The translations under genes and the position numbers were made by a program. This document shows positions 10,040 to 23,063 of a stretch of 64,000 nt of DNA, piece after piece. Origin of the DNA: Alphaproteobacteria bacterium (lineage in GTDB: Bacteria > Pseudomonadota > Alphaproteobacteria > SHVV01); NCBI GenBank assembly GCA_965261735.1, contig OZ253470.1:2272001-2336000 (forward strand), read 5' to 3'. Position 1 is the stretch's first letter. Every line of letters starts with the position of its first letter. Under the pieces are notes generated by a model. That model searched no databases, was not told the DNA's origin, and was given only the letters and a program-made list of their open reading frames with translations.

Positions 10040-12663
10040 GGCTGTTCGCCTAGAGCGGCAGCGGCCAGCCCGGTAAGCGAGGCGTGTGGCCTGACGCCGA
10101 GGCGGCGCGGCGCCTGCTTGATTCGACTATGGACCGACGGACAGTACGTTCTGGGTAACGTCGTCGTCGATCAGCAGGCTGGCGAGACCGTTGGTGTAGA
10201 GGGTAAAGCCGGGCTCCGAGCCCTCGGCCCCGGCTGGCTGCTCCGCCCAGGTCTCGGTGTCGGCCGTCAAGGAGTCGCCCTCATCGCCGAGGATCTTGAG
10301 CGTGTTCGAGGTATCGGACATATCGAGCACGTCCTGAAGGTCGAGCGTGAGGGCGTTACCGGACCCCCCGAGGTCGATGGCTTCGACGCCCGTGATCTTC
10401 ATGTTGCCCTCGAAGCCTTTGCCGGCCGCCGTGAGGTCGAGCGACAGGCCCGCGCCGTCGAGGCGGAGCACGTCTTCGCCGGCGCCGCCGGCGATGCGCG
10501 CGAAGCCGAGATCGCCGACACCCAGGATGTCGTCGCCGGTACCGCCCCGGAGTACGTCCTCGCCGCCGCCGACCATGACATCGCCGGCGCCGGTGCCGGA
10601 TAGCGAATCCGCCCCCGTGCCGCCCTGGTGCGTCACCGCGCCCGAGAAGTCGCCGCCGAAGATGACGTAAGACTCGCCCTCCGCGTTGAATCCCGCGCCG
10701 CCGGCCGGGCCGGCCCTCGGCGCGCCGACGAGGAGGTCGTCGAAGCCGTCGCCGTTGACGTCGCCCGCACCGCTGACCGCCTTGCCAGTATAGTCGTAGT
10801 CCTGGAAATCATTGACGACCAGGAAGCCGTCCGCCTCGGTGAACGTCGTGATATCGAGGCTGCCGCCGGCGCCGACATCCTCGCCGCCGAAGACGACGTA
10901 GGTCGCGCTGTAGCCGGCGTAGCTACTGTCTCCCGGACGGCCGACGAGGAAGTCGTCGAAGCCGTCTCCGTTCACGTCCCCGGCGCCGCTCACCGAACTG
11001 CCGAACTCGCTATATCCTTCAGTGACGCCCTCGATGACGAAGCCGCCGCTGCCGTCGCCTTCCGCGATGTCGTCGAGCTCGATGGTGCCGCCGGTGCCGA
11101 CACCGGCGCCGCCAAAGACGACGTAGGCCTCGCCCTGCTGGCGGTCTTCGTCGGTTTCGGACACATACGGCGCGCCGATGATGAGGTCGGCGAAGCCGTC
11201 GCCGTTAACATCGCCCGCCCCGCTTACCGCGCGGCCCGACTGGTCGCCTTCACTGAGGCCGCTGATGCCGTTGGGGACGAAGCCGTGGGTGCCGCCGCCG
11301 TCGGCAAGGCTCGACAAGTCGATGGCGCCGTCCGTGTCGCCGTCCGCGGCATCCAGGTCGGACAGATGGTTACCGAACACGACGTAGCTCTCGCCGGCCT
11401 CGGATTCACCGTTGGGGTCGGCCTTCGGGGCGCCGATGATGAAGTCGGCGAAGCCGTCGCCGTTCACATCGCCGGCCGAGCCGACGGCGTAGCCCGACCT
11501 ATCGCTCTGGTCACCGCCGTTGAGAACGAAGCCGTCGTTACCGTAGCCGCCCCTAATCTCCGAAAGATCAAGGCTGGCGGCAAAATCATCGCCGCCGAAG
11601 ACGACGTAGCTCTCGCCCGGGCGGCTGTAGCTGTACGAAGGCCCGTAGGCATAAGGGGCGCCGATGATGAGGTCGTTGAAGCCGTCGCCGTTGAGATCGC
11701 CCGCGCTGCTGACGGCAGAGCCGGACCGATCACTAAAGACAACGCCCTCAATGACGAAGCCGTCGCTGCCGTCGCCGGCGGCAAGGCTCGACAATTCGAT
11801 CACGCCGTCGGCGTTGCCGTCGAGATCGGACAGGCTGTCGCCGCCGAAGACGACGTAGCTCTCGCCGGCGTCGTTTGGCTCGTCAGCACGCGGTGCGCCG
11901 ATGATGAAGTCGTCGAAGCCGTCGCCGTTGACGTCGCCCGCACCGCTCACCGACCGGCCCGATTGATCGCCGGCGACGATGCCGTTGAGCACGAAACCAT
12001 TCGTTCCGTCAAGGTTCGAAAGATCAATATTACCGTCCGTCGCGCCGTCGGCGGCGTCGAGGACGGACAAACCGGACCCACCGAACACGATGTAACTTTC
12101 TCCCGACTGGGAGCCGTTCGGATCGGCCCGATGGGCGCCGATGAGGAGGTCGGTGAAGCCGTCGCCGTTCACGTCCCCCGCGCCGCTGACGGAATAGCCT
12201 GATTGGTCGCCTTCAACGATGCCGTCAATGGTGAAGCCGGTGCTGCCGTCGAAGAGGTTGGTGTCCATAAACGGCCGGCCGGCGCCGCCCACGTTGGGGC
12301 CGCCGAAGATGATGAAGGTCTCGCCCTCGTTACCGACTTCGTTGCCGACGATTGGATCGGCTTCAGGCGCGCCGATAATGAGATCGTTAAAGCCGTCGCC
12401 GTTGACGTCGCCGGCGCCGCTGACCGAAGTGCCAGCATAGTCTCGCTCTTCGCGACCCGCGAAGCGAAAGCCGTCGCTGCCGTCGAGCGTCGCCAGGTCG
12501 ATGCTGGCGGCGAAGCTCCCGCCCTCGCCGCCGAACAGCACGTAGGTGAAGCCATTTGGGTTGGCGTCACGGTCCTCACCCGGCGCGCCGATCAGAATGT
12601 CGTCGAAGTCGTCGCCGTTGATGTCGCCCGCCGAGCTTACTGAAACCTGCTTATCCCTGAAAG

Positions 12664-13599
12664 TCATCCGGCGATGAGGAGGCGATAGGGCATGGGCTGG
12701 TTTCGTGCGGCGCTATGGACGAAACGCGGGATCATTGTCTGGAGTTGATAGCGCCGGTTGTAGCGCCAGGCGAAGCTGGCGAGATAGCGTCCGGCATGGT
12801 CGGGGCCGAGCTTGCGATAAGTCCCGGTGATCGCGCTCTTGATGTTGCCGAGCGTCGTGTTCACCCATTTGAACGATGCCATGCGGGCCGCCTGGCGGCC
12901 CGACCCGGTGCGGATCGCCTGGTGGCTGCAGGCGGCTTCTTCGAGTGCGCTCCAGCAGCCCAGGCGGTCCGTCACAACCGCCGCGCCGGGGGCCAGCCAG
13001 TGCTTGGCGCCGCGCGCGATCTCGCGCTTGCGGAAGCCCTTGACCGGCGCCAGCTTCAGCTTGCGCGGGCGCCCCTCGGGACTGGTCGAGACCGCCGCCA
13101 CGAAGGGCGTTTTGCCCGCCGCGCCGCGGCCCCGCTTGCCGCCGGAGCGCACCCCGCCGAGATAGGCGTCGTCCATCTCGACCCGCCCCGTAAGCGCCGT
13201 CTCCCCCTCGCGCCGCGCCATCACCGCCATGATCTTGTGCTTCACGGCCCAGGCCGTCGGCTGCTTGACCCCGAGACGGCGGCCGAGTTCCACCGACGAG
13301 ATGCCGTTCTTCGCCGTCACGATCAGGTGGATGGCGGCAAACCAGACTGTCAGCGGCAGCTTGGTCGCGTGGAAGATCGTGCCCGCCGTGGGCGATGTCT
13401 GCTTCTTGCACCGGTTGCATTGATAGAGACCCCGACCCGCCAACACGCAATGCTCCCGATGGCCGCAGCAGGGGCAGACGAAGCCGCCCGGCCAGCGCAG
13501 CCGGACCAGCGCCGCGCGGCACTGCTCCTTGGTGCCGAAGGCCTCCCGAAACGCCTCGTCGTTCAGACCACGCACGCGCGATGCAACCTTGAACCCCAT
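12664..13599 (-). CDS. IS1595-family transposase
   Basis: Zn ribbon CPCC..CNRC, GISSVEL HTH, VEMDDAYLGG, WRYNRR. Confidence 0.95.
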   Translation of the reverse strand: MGFKVASRVRGLNDEAFREAFGTKEQCRAALVRLRWPGGFVCPCCGHREHCVLAGRGLYQCNRCKKQTSPTAGTIFHATKLPLTVWFAAIHLIVTAKNGISSVELGRRLGVKQPTAWAVKHKIMAVMARREGETALTGRVEMDDAYLGGVRSGGKRGRGAAGKTPFVAAVSTSPEGRPRKLKLAPVKGFRKREIARGAKHWLAPGAAVVTDRLGCWSALEEAACSHQAIRTGSGRQAARMASFKWVNTTLGNIKSAITGTYRKLGPDHAGRYLASFAWRYNRRYQLQTMIPRFVHSAARNQPMPYRLLIAG

Positions 13600-13619
13600 A
13601 ACCGTGACCCCCTCATACA

Positions 13620-13634
13620 GAACATATTGAGAAC
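13620..13634. promoter_or_regulatory. Putative alphaproteobacterial LexA box overlapping the transposase promoter
   Basis: GAAC-ATATTGA-GAAC (GAAC-N7-GAAC); overlaps the -10 of a GTGACA-N17-TATGTT promoter on the minus strand. Confidence 0.6.
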
Positions 13635-16600
13635 ATACATCCCCATAGGCGGAGTGTCACGGATAAGCAGGTACTGAAAAGCCGACATAGTCGAACTCGT
13701 TGAGGCCGGTGATCTTGAAGCCGTCGCTGCCGTCGAGGTCGGAAAGCTCGATGCTGCCGCCGGCGCCGATCATTTCGCGGCCGTCCTTGTCGTCGCTGCC
13801 GAATACCACGTAGGCCTCACCCCTATCGCTGCCCTCGAAGCCGCGATTGGCCTCCCAGGCGCCGATGAGGAGGTCGGCGAAGCCGTCGCCATTAACATCG
13901 CCGGCCGAGCTCACGGCATAGCCCGCTTGGTCGGCCTCCTGGACGCCATTCAGAACAAAGCCGTCGCTACCATCGCTGGCGGTGATATCGGCAAGATCGA
14001 TGGTAGCTGCAAAGCTCTCGGTCGAGAGTTTGCCGAAGATGACGTAGCTCTCACCTTCTTCGCCGAACCCGAGACCGGTTCCGTTCGGGTCCGCGTACGG
14101 GGCGCCGATGATGAGGTCGTCGACGCCATCGCCGTTCACGTCCCCCGCGCCGCTGACGCTGCGGCCAGAACCGTCGAACCTGTCATCGCCGATGATGCGG
14201 AAGCCGTTGTCGCCGTCGAGACCTCCAAGGTCGAGGCTGCCGCCGGAGCCGATGCCGCTGCCGCCGAACACGACGTAGCTCTCGCCTTCCCTGTCGTCTT
14301 CGTTCCGGTCTGCGTATGGGGCGCCGATGACGAAGTCGTCGATGCCGTCGCCATTGACATCGCCGATGCCGCTCACCGCGTGGCCCGAATCGTCGAAGTT
14401 ATCGAGGCCGTTGAGGACGAAACCGTGGCTGCCGTCGCCGGCGGCAAGGCTCGACAATTCGATCACGCCGTCGGCGTTGCCGTCGAGTTCGGACAGATGG
14501 TCGCCGAAAATGACGTAGCTCTCGCCTGCGTCATAGAGGCTGCTCCCCTGTGCGTGCGGCGCGCCGATGATGAAATCGTCAAAACCGTCGTCGTTGACGT
14601 CGCCGATGCCACTGACGGAAGTGCCAGCGTTGTCACCTTCGGTGTCGCCGATGAAAACGTAGCCGTTGGTGCCATCGAGCGAAGATAGATCGATGTCGCC
14701 GTCCGCGCCCACGTCGGGGCCGCCGAAAATGATGTAGCCCTCGCCATCCTCTTCGACGCCCCCGTGGGGCGCGCCGATGAGGAGGTCGGCGAAACCGTCG
14801 TTGTTGACGTCGCCGGCGCCGCTCACGGACGTGCCGGATTCGTCGTTCTCATGGATGCCGGAGATGGTGAACCCGAAGCCATTTACGAGGCCGCCCGGAT
14901 GCAGCTCACCGGTGGGCGCATGGGCGTTGTTAAGAATGCGGCCGTCGGCCTCGCCATCGGCGATGGTGGCATCGCCCGTTGGGTTGCTGAGCGTGATCTC
15001 GAACCGTTCCACGGGCTCATAGAGGTTGTCCGCGGTGACATCGACTTCGATGGTGAGTTCGGCGACGCCGGGCTCGAAGGTGAGGGTGCCGGCGGCACCG
15101 GTGTAGTCGACGCCCTCGGTGGCGGTGACGGCGTTGGTCTGGTAGTCGACGCTGACGGTGCCCGAGAGGTCGCCGGTGCGGGTGACGGTGAAGATCGCGG
15201 CACCGGGGTTCTCGCTGCCGGTGGCGTCGGCGATCGCGAACTCGGACGGCTCCGGCTCCGGCTCCGGCGGTGGCTCCACCGGGAGCTCGGCGACATCGGC
15301 GACGTTGACGGTGAGGGTGCCGGTGACGGGCGCGGTAGCGCCCGATGCGCCCTCGATGGCGGTGGCGGTGATCTCGAGGTCGAAGCTGCCGAAGAAGTCG
15401 GGCGGCGGGGTGATCGAGAGGCCCTCGAGGTCGCCCGGGGTGACGTTGGCGAGCAGCAGCGTGTTGGGCGAGGCATCGGTGCCGCTGGGATCGAAGGTGA
15501 TGCCGCCCGAGGGCAGGTTGATGGTCGCGTTGTCGGGGATGCCGGTAATCGTGACCGACAGCGTCTCCGAGCCGTCGAGGTCGGTGAGCGCGGCATCGAT
15601 ATCGAGCGCGATGGCGCTGTCCTCGTCGCCGCTCGTGGTGCCGGTGAGCTGGTTGCCGGCGGTGTCCGGATCGAGGTCGAGCGTCGGCGTCGAGGCCGAG
15701 GTGTCGGGTGTCGGGGTGATGAACGTCGTGCCACCGCCGTCGCCGCCCTCCTCGCCCGCCGCCGGCGCGAGTTCGCCGAGCGCCTCGGGGTCGACCTCGC
15801 CGTCCTCTTCCTCGCCGCCCTCGTCTTCGCCTTCGCCCTCACCGTCCTCGCCGTCCGCGGCCCCGGGCTCGCCCGCGGTTCCGTCGTCCTGCGCCCCGGC
15901 CGCGGCCTGCGCCGGCAGCGCGCTCAGCGCCGCCCCGTACTGGGCCTCGACCTCGGCCGCCGTCTTGATCTCGGGTGCGCTCGGCGCCACCGAAAAGCTC
16001 GTCGCCGTGATCTGCTGGTAGGCGATGTTGATGAACTGCGTGCCGCCGCCGTTGGTGAACACGATCTCGCCCGTCGAGCCGTCCTCGTCGGGCAGCAGCG
16101 TGATCGTGCTCTGCTCGCCCTCGGCCGCGATCTCGGCCGCCACCGTGGTCCCGCGGATGCCGATCGAGCCGACCGGCGTCGTCACCACCATCGCCTGGTC
16201 GCCTGACTTGGCGATCTCGCCCGAGACGAACACGAACACACCCTGGACCACGGAAAACGCCGAGCTCCCGGTGTTCGTCGACGGATCGTAAATCAGCTCG
16301 TCGAGCACCATGCGCGCGTCCTCGCCGAGCGAGAACGTGGTGTCGTCGACGAAGACGATGCCGAGCGAGGCCCCCGAGCCGGTCTCCAGCACATCGCCCT
16401 GGAACACCGGCGAGCCCGAGGTCAGGCTGACCTGCGTGCCGTCGGCGCGGGCCACAACGACCTCGCCCTCGACCGTATCGACGCGCCCGATCGGCTGCGC
16501 GGCCGCGGCCGGCGCGGCTTGCGCGACCTGACCCGGCGCCGCCGGCCCGGCCAGCGCCTCAGCGAGATCGCCCGAGACGCGCGCGCCGCCCTCGCTCACC

Positions 16601-17140
16601 AAATCGGGCGGCGTCTCGGACGCAAAATAATCGCGGATCAGCACCTGGCGGCCATCGCCGCCGATCAGCAGGAGGTCCGGACCCTCGCGCACATAGTCGG
16701 CCACCAGCAAGAACGCACCGCCCGGAACCACCAGCGAACCACCCGCCGAACCCGCATCGAGCACCAGCGAAACCCCACCACCAGCCGCCGCACCACCCGG
16801 CCCCGCCGACACCAACTCCGACCCGCCCGAGCCCTCCACAACGGCACCCGTCAAGTCCCGCCCCCGATCATTCAATGCCATGAAGTGCCTCCGATGTTCT
16901 AGGAGAGCTGCGCTGCCGGCATCTCATTTGATTCGTGCCCAGCCGGCGCGGTTGGTTGCCGATACTCCTATACGCGAGCCATCTTAGGGTTAGTGAAGCG
17001 TTTCGGCAGTGATGCCCGTCACATGCGCCATCAGGTCCTCGTGGCCTCATCTTCCATGGTAATGCCAACGGGCTGACCTCGAAAAGCCCAAGTCGCCGCG
17101 ATCGTGACCTGTGGAGAATGCCGCCGTCTCGCGCGGCGAC

Positions 17141-18040
17141 CTATACGGCACCCACCTCGGCAGTACCGGCTCGCGGCCACACCATAGGGAAGACGGGATG
17201 CTCGCGATCGGCCGGAAACGGATCGCCGTGATGCAGGCGCGGATCCGCCCAGGGCCTGATGGTGTTCGCGCTCGGGCGCACCGCATAGGTCGCGTCGTCG
17301 CCCGCGAAACGGTAACCGAAGGCGCGCCGGCGGCTATCGGTGGCGTTACCCGGCGCGCCGTGCACCATCGAGAGGCTGGATATGAGGCAATCGCCGGTCC
17401 AGGTCTCCATGGCAACGATATCGTACTCGCGTCGATGCCCCGCGATATCGGGCATTGGCTCGGTCTTCTCAGTGGGCACCCCGGCGATTGCCGGGCGATC
17501 GGAGCCCTGCAGATATTTGTGCCTTGTCGGGTCGCCGGTCGTCACCGCCTCGAAGCGCCGGCCCCAGCGATGCGAGCCGCGGATCCACTCGACGGCGCCG
17601 CTTTGCGGCGTCACGTGATCGAGCGAAATCCACATCCCGCAGGTCTGTATTCCCTCGCACGGGTTGGCTTGGATGTCCTGGTGCCAGCGCGTCTCAGCCG
17701 GGGTGTGCGGTTCCTTGACGAGAATAAAGTCGAACACGATGCTAGCGCGCGCCGAGCGCATCATCGCGGCGGCAAGCTCGCCGACAGGCGATTCGTACGC
17801 CATCGCCCTGAAATCGTCGTTGAAGGTCCATAGGTAATTGTCGTAGGCGAAGCGTCCCGGTGCGCGATCCGGCTTGAGCTCGGCGGCGCGCCAGCTGGGA
17901 TGAGCGAGAACGTCGTCGACGGCGCGGCGCATACGCCCGACCCAGTCGTCGTCGAACATGCCGCGAACGCGGACCACGCCCTCGTCTTCGAACGCGCGGA
18001 TTTCTTCGACGCTCGGCGTGCGCGGTGGTCTCGTGATCAT
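17141..18040 (-). CDS. Phytanoyl-CoA dioxygenase (PhyH) family protein
   Basis: TRWHQD (HxD), WISLD, GSHRWG, MVHGAPGN, RRAF. Confidence 0.85.
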   Translation of the reverse strand: MITRPPRTPSVEEIRAFEDEGVVRVRGMFDDDWVGRMRRAVDDVLAHPSWRAAELKPDRAPGRFAYDNYLWTFNDDFRAMAYESPVGELAAAMMRSARASIVFDFILVKEPHTPAETRWHQDIQANPCEGIQTCGMWISLDHVTPQSGAVEWIRGSHRWGRRFEAVTTGDPTRHKYLQGSDRPAIAGVPTEKTEPMPDIAGHRREYDIVAMETWTGDCLISSLSMVHGAPGNATDSRRRAFGYRFAGDDATYAVRPSANTIRPWADPRLHHGDPFPADREHPVFPMVWPRAGTAEVGAV

Positions 18041-18161
18041 GGCTTCGGGTCCCGGCGACCAGGCCCTCAGCCTACACCCCCGCTCGTCAGAGTCGAAGCC
18101 CAGAACCGAAAGCGGCGGCACCAGCCGGTTAGCGCCGATCCACGCTCGGTCGACGCCGGTG

Positions 18162-18410
18162 TTACAAGTTCGTAAGCATGATCCGCATCGCCTTCGCCAA
18201 GGCGAGCTGGGCCTCGGTGTGCGAGCCGGACTTGTGCAAGGATTCACCCTCATCGCGCAGTTGCTTGACTTCGCTGGACTGCGAGGCGTTGAGGCTGACC
18301 TTCGACATGGCGGCGTCGATGGCCTTGACGTCGGCGGGACAATGGAACGCGAGCGCGGGTGCCGAGAGCGCGACGACGAGGGCCCCGGCAAGGAGCAGAC
18401 GTCCGATCAT
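18162..18410 (-). CDS. Small secreted hypothetical protein
   Basis: RBS GGAGG; signal peptide ending ALA, then FHCPAD. Confidence 0.7.
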   Translation of the reverse strand: MIGRLLLAGALVVALSAPALAFHCPADVKAIDAAMSKVSLNASQSSEVKQLRDEGESLHKSGSHTEAQLALAKAMRIMLTNL

Positions 18411-18484
18411 GGCTTCCTCCTGTTTGTTGCGACCCGGTTTGCGAGCACCGAGCTCGATAAGGAGTAAACACGCCGGGCGTGGGT

Positions 18485-19885
<1,401 letters not shown>

Positions 19886-19920
19886 GATTCGGCGAGCGAT
19901 CGGGGCCGGCTCGCGCGCCG

Positions 19921-20742
19921 CTAGCCGCGCGAATCGTCGTTGATAGGGGTTCGGTAGGCGGGCGTGGGCGCCGCCGGCGGTTCGAGGTCGGTCGGAATGT
20001 CCGCGAGGTAGCGGTAGATGGCGGCGGCGCGGTTGATGAACGAGGCCTCCTGGCCGTTGACCAGGAACGCGTTGGTAACGCGCGCGCGAACGAGATTGTA
20101 GTAGCGCCACACGCCTTCGGCTTCCTGGTCGAGGAAGTACAAGAGCTGAAAGGCGCCGGGCTCGAACACGGGCATGAAGAGGAAGCGCACCGGGGTCGCA
20201 TTCTCGACGGCGAAGACGAGCTTGCGCGGCGTTCGCTCGACGATGCGCATGCGGTAGACGACCTCGCCGAGCGGCGTGTTCTCGTTCTGGAAGAAAAACA
20301 GCTCGCGCCCGTTGCGCAGGTCGTCGGGCGAGAAATCGGGGCGCGCCGTCTTGGTCTCGGGGTCGGCGACCACATAGGCTTCGCTCACCAGATCGCGCCA
20401 GCGCTGGAGCGTCACCGACCAGTATCGGATGGCCCGCTGCGCGGAGACCCGTGCGAGCCGGCGCAACAGCCCGTCGGCCTCGCTATCGTGGCTGAAGCGC
20501 CCCGCCGCGGCCATGAGCAGGGTGAAATCGCGGCTCTCCCAGCCGGTGCACGCCGGCGGGCGCCAATTCTCGCCAACATCGACGACGTGCCACACGCGCA
20601 CGTGCAGGGGCTCGTTGATCTTTCCGTACTCTGGCGTCGGGGCCTGCCCGCAGGGCGGCAGGGGTCCCTCCTCGGCAGCCGCGGGCGACAGCCCGATCGC
20701 CAACACCGCGAGCCACAGCGCGCGCCGCAGTGATGCGCGCAT
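19921..20742 (-). CDS. Secreted hypothetical protein (DUF6675-like)
   Basis: Signal peptide, W.PPACTGW, IRYWSVT, SFINRAAA; start uncertain. Confidence 0.55.
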   Translation of the reverse strand: MRASLRRALWLAVLAIGLSPAAAEEGPLPPCGQAPTPEYGKINEPLHVRVWHVVDVGENWRPPACTGWESRDFTLLMAAAGRFSHDSEADGLLRRLARVSAQRAIRYWSVTLQRWRDLVSEAYVVADPETKTARPDFSPDDLRNGRELFFFQNENTPLGEVVYRMRIVERTPRKLVFAVENATPVRFLFMPVFEPGAFQLLYFLDQEAEGVWRYYNLVRARVTNAFLVNGQEASFINRAAAIYRYLADIPTDLEPPAAPTPAYRTPINDDSRG

Positions 20743-20999
20743 GGCCGCCGGCGCCCGGTAAGGGGCGGCAACGGGCTTACGTGGCTCGCGGTCGCGGGGT
20801 TGTGACATGGCAGGGCCTTGGGGGTCTCTCGGGGGGCCTATTTCTCCATCTCCTCGCGGCTCCTGTCTAGTGCTCAATGGGGCTGCCCGGCTGACCACGG
20901 GCGCAGAGGAGCAGCCGCGGCGCTCGACTCGGTCCGACGCATAACCGACAATAGCGCACTCATGCCCGCCACACTCCGGTTTCTACGCGCCGTCAGGCA

Positions 21000-22193
21000 A
21001 TGACTACCGAGCCCAGCGGCAAGTCGGCGGGACAGTTCGCCGTCAAAGCAACGCTTCTTGCGGCGAGTGCGCTGACGGTGATGTCGGGCGCGACGATCGC
21101 GCCCTCGCTTCCGGCGCTGTACGAGCACTTCGCCGGCACGCCGCACGCCGACCTCCTGACCCGGCTGGTACTGACGGCTCCGGCCCTGTCGATCGTCATC
21201 GTCGCACCACTGGCCGGCATCGTGATCGACCGGTTCGGGCGGCGATCGCTCCTACTCGGGGCGACGGTGGGCTACGCGATCGCCGGCAGCGCGGGGCTCG
21301 TGCTCGACACGCTCTACGCCATTCTCATCAGCCGGGTGCTGCTCGGTGTCGCCGTCGCCTGCATCATGACCTGCGTGATGACGCTCGTCGGCGATTACTT
21401 CGCTGGCGAGGCCAGGGCGCGCTATATGGGCCTGCAAGCCTCGTTCATGTCATTCGGCGGGGTGGTGTTCATTCTGCTCGGCGGCGCCCTCGCCTCGGTG
21501 CATTGGCGCGGGCCGTTCGTCGTCTACGTCCTGGCTCTGGTCCTACTGCCGGCGATGGCATCGCGGCTATACGAGCCGGCGCACCAGCAGGCACCGGCGT
21601 CGGCGCCGCCGCTCGCCGCAATGCCTATGCGGCTGACGGGGCTGATCTATGGGGTGGCGTTGCTCAGCATGATGTCGTTTTACATGATCCCGGCACAGCT
21701 GCCCTTCTACCTGACGTCCTTCGGCATCCGCGATCCGGCGCTGGTCAGCGCGACGATGTCGCTCGCGATCTTTGTCATGGCGATGACGGCTGCATTCTAC
21801 GGGCGCATTCGCCGGCACCTCAGCCACGCCGCCATCTATGCCGTGGGTTTCGCCTTCTTCGGCGCCGGCTACGCCCTCATGGCCATCGCCGACACCTATG
21901 TCGGCGTGATGTTCGGTGCCACGGTGGCCGGCATCGGCATCGGCATGAACATGCCCAACTCTTCGGTGTGGCTGCTCGCGATGGCGCCCCCGGCCGTACG
22001 CGGGCGCCTATCGGGGGGCCTGTCGACGAGCGTTTTCCTGGGCCAGTTCCTCTCGCCCCTCGCGGCCCAGCCGGTCATCAATTCCTACGGCCTCGCCACC
22101 GCCTACGGCGTGGCGGCCGTTGTGCTGGCCGCGCTCTCGCTCGCCTTCATGGTTGGCGTCGTGACCCGCGCCCCCATACTCGGCCGCACCTGA
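21000..22193 (+). CDS. MFS transporter
   Basis: GIVIDRFGRR motif A, about 12 TM. Confidence 0.9.
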   Translation: MTTEPSGKSAGQFAVKATLLAASALTVMSGATIAPSLPALYEHFAGTPHADLLTRLVLTAPALSIVIVAPLAGIVIDRFGRRSLLLGATVGYAIAGSAGLVLDTLYAILISRVLLGVAVACIMTCVMTLVGDYFAGEARARYMGLQASFMSFGGVVFILLGGALASVHWRGPFVVYVLALVLLPAMASRLYEPAHQQAPASAPPLAAMPMRLTGLIYGVALLSMMSFYMIPAQLPFYLTSFGIRDPALVSATMSLAIFVMAMTAAFYGRIRRHLSHAAIYAVGFAFFGAGYALMAIADTYVGVMFGATVAGIGIGMNMPNSSVWLLAMAPPAVRGRLSGGLSTSVFLGQFLSPLAAQPVINSYGLATAYGVAAVVLAALSLAFMVGVVTRAPILGRT

Positions 22194-22208
22194 CGCCGTC
22201 GCGCGGCC

Positions 22209-22900
22209 CTATCCGTGCGCTGGCCGCCAGCCCGCGTCCTCTGCCTCGGTTTTGCTACAGAACCAGCGCTCGCCGTTTTCAGCCTCGATCCTGATCAGCG
22301 GGTAGGATTGCGCTTCGGGAAGGTAGTAGATCCCTTGCCTATCCGGTTAACGCCCATGACCAGATCCTTCGGCCGTCGTGGGCGACGGAGCCTTTGATGG
22401 GGCACAGGTCGGGGTCAACGGCCGTCGCAGCTTGTTCGAAGCGTTTACCGGCGCGCCAGTCTTGTGGGGCGACGAACACACCGCGCCACATGCCCCTTCG
22501 CGCAGCCTTCGCCGCCTGCTGTTCGGTGGCGTAGGCGGAAGCGTTGTGGCCGCCCGCCAGGGCCCAGCCCTCGGCGACCATCCAGCCGTTGAGATCGGCC
22601 TTGCCGTCGAGCAAACAGACCGCCAGCAATCGGCGCTCGCGGTCACGATCGACGCCGAAGCAATTGACCTCGCGATCGCCGATGTGCGCCGCTAGCGCGC
22701 TCGCAGCGTGTTCGCCACACGGCCACGGCTTGCGGTCTTCGAGGCAGACCTGGTCGCGCGCTGGCGCCTCGACGCCGCTCAGGCGAATGTCCTCGCCGAA
22801 GATGTTCAGTGTTTGACCGTCGATAACGATGTCGTGGCCCGTGATCTCGGCCAACGCGATCGCGGGCACCAGAAAGAGGAAGAGCGGTAAGGCGCGTCAT
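22209..22900 (-). pseudogene. Thermonuclease (SNase-like) protein with ExoI-like C-terminal domain, disrupted
   Basis: VIDGQTL, IRLSGVEAP, MVAEGWALA; CPIKG..GRRI continues as YYLP..GERWFCSKTEAEDAGWR* beyond a 34-bp insertion; ATG 22900 is out of frame with the signal peptide. Confidence 0.85.
22334..22361 (-). mobile_element. 28-bp right-end stub of IS1595 element B
   Basis: CTTGCCTATCCGGTTAACGCCCATGACC is the reverse complement of 54239-54266; flanked by AGATCC on both sides. Confidence 0.9.
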
Positions 22901-23063
22901 GGGGTCGGTGAGGGTCGGTCGCAGGGCTTCAGGTCTGCCACGACGATCTATCAAACCAACCTTATCGGCCGGTTAAACGGCCTGCCCTTGCCGCGAGCAC
23001 CGCTTGCGGCGACCCTGCCCCCGGCATAGGATCGTGCCCCAGGTACGGCGACGGGACGGCGAT

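Larger units (their letters stand above)
12646..13671 (-). mobile_element. IS1595-family element A (1026 bp), complete
   Basis: Imperfect 20-bp inverted repeats CCTGCTTATCCcTGAaAgTC / CCTGCTTATCCgTGAcAcTC; 8-bp TSD TACTGAAA at 12638-12645 and 13672-13679. Confidence 0.95.
10127..16881 (-). pseudogene. Giant secreted protein (FecR-like, cadherin-like, Calx-beta, FG-GAP repeats, RTX-like tail) split by IS1595
   Basis: Removing the IS and one TSD (1034 bp) leaves 5721 bp = 1906 aa in one frame, joining ..DYVGFSV/SSAGDING..; many GDVNGDGFxDLxIGAP repeats; GGTGADSL and GGTGDDIL nonapeptides near the C-terminus. Confidence 0.9.
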
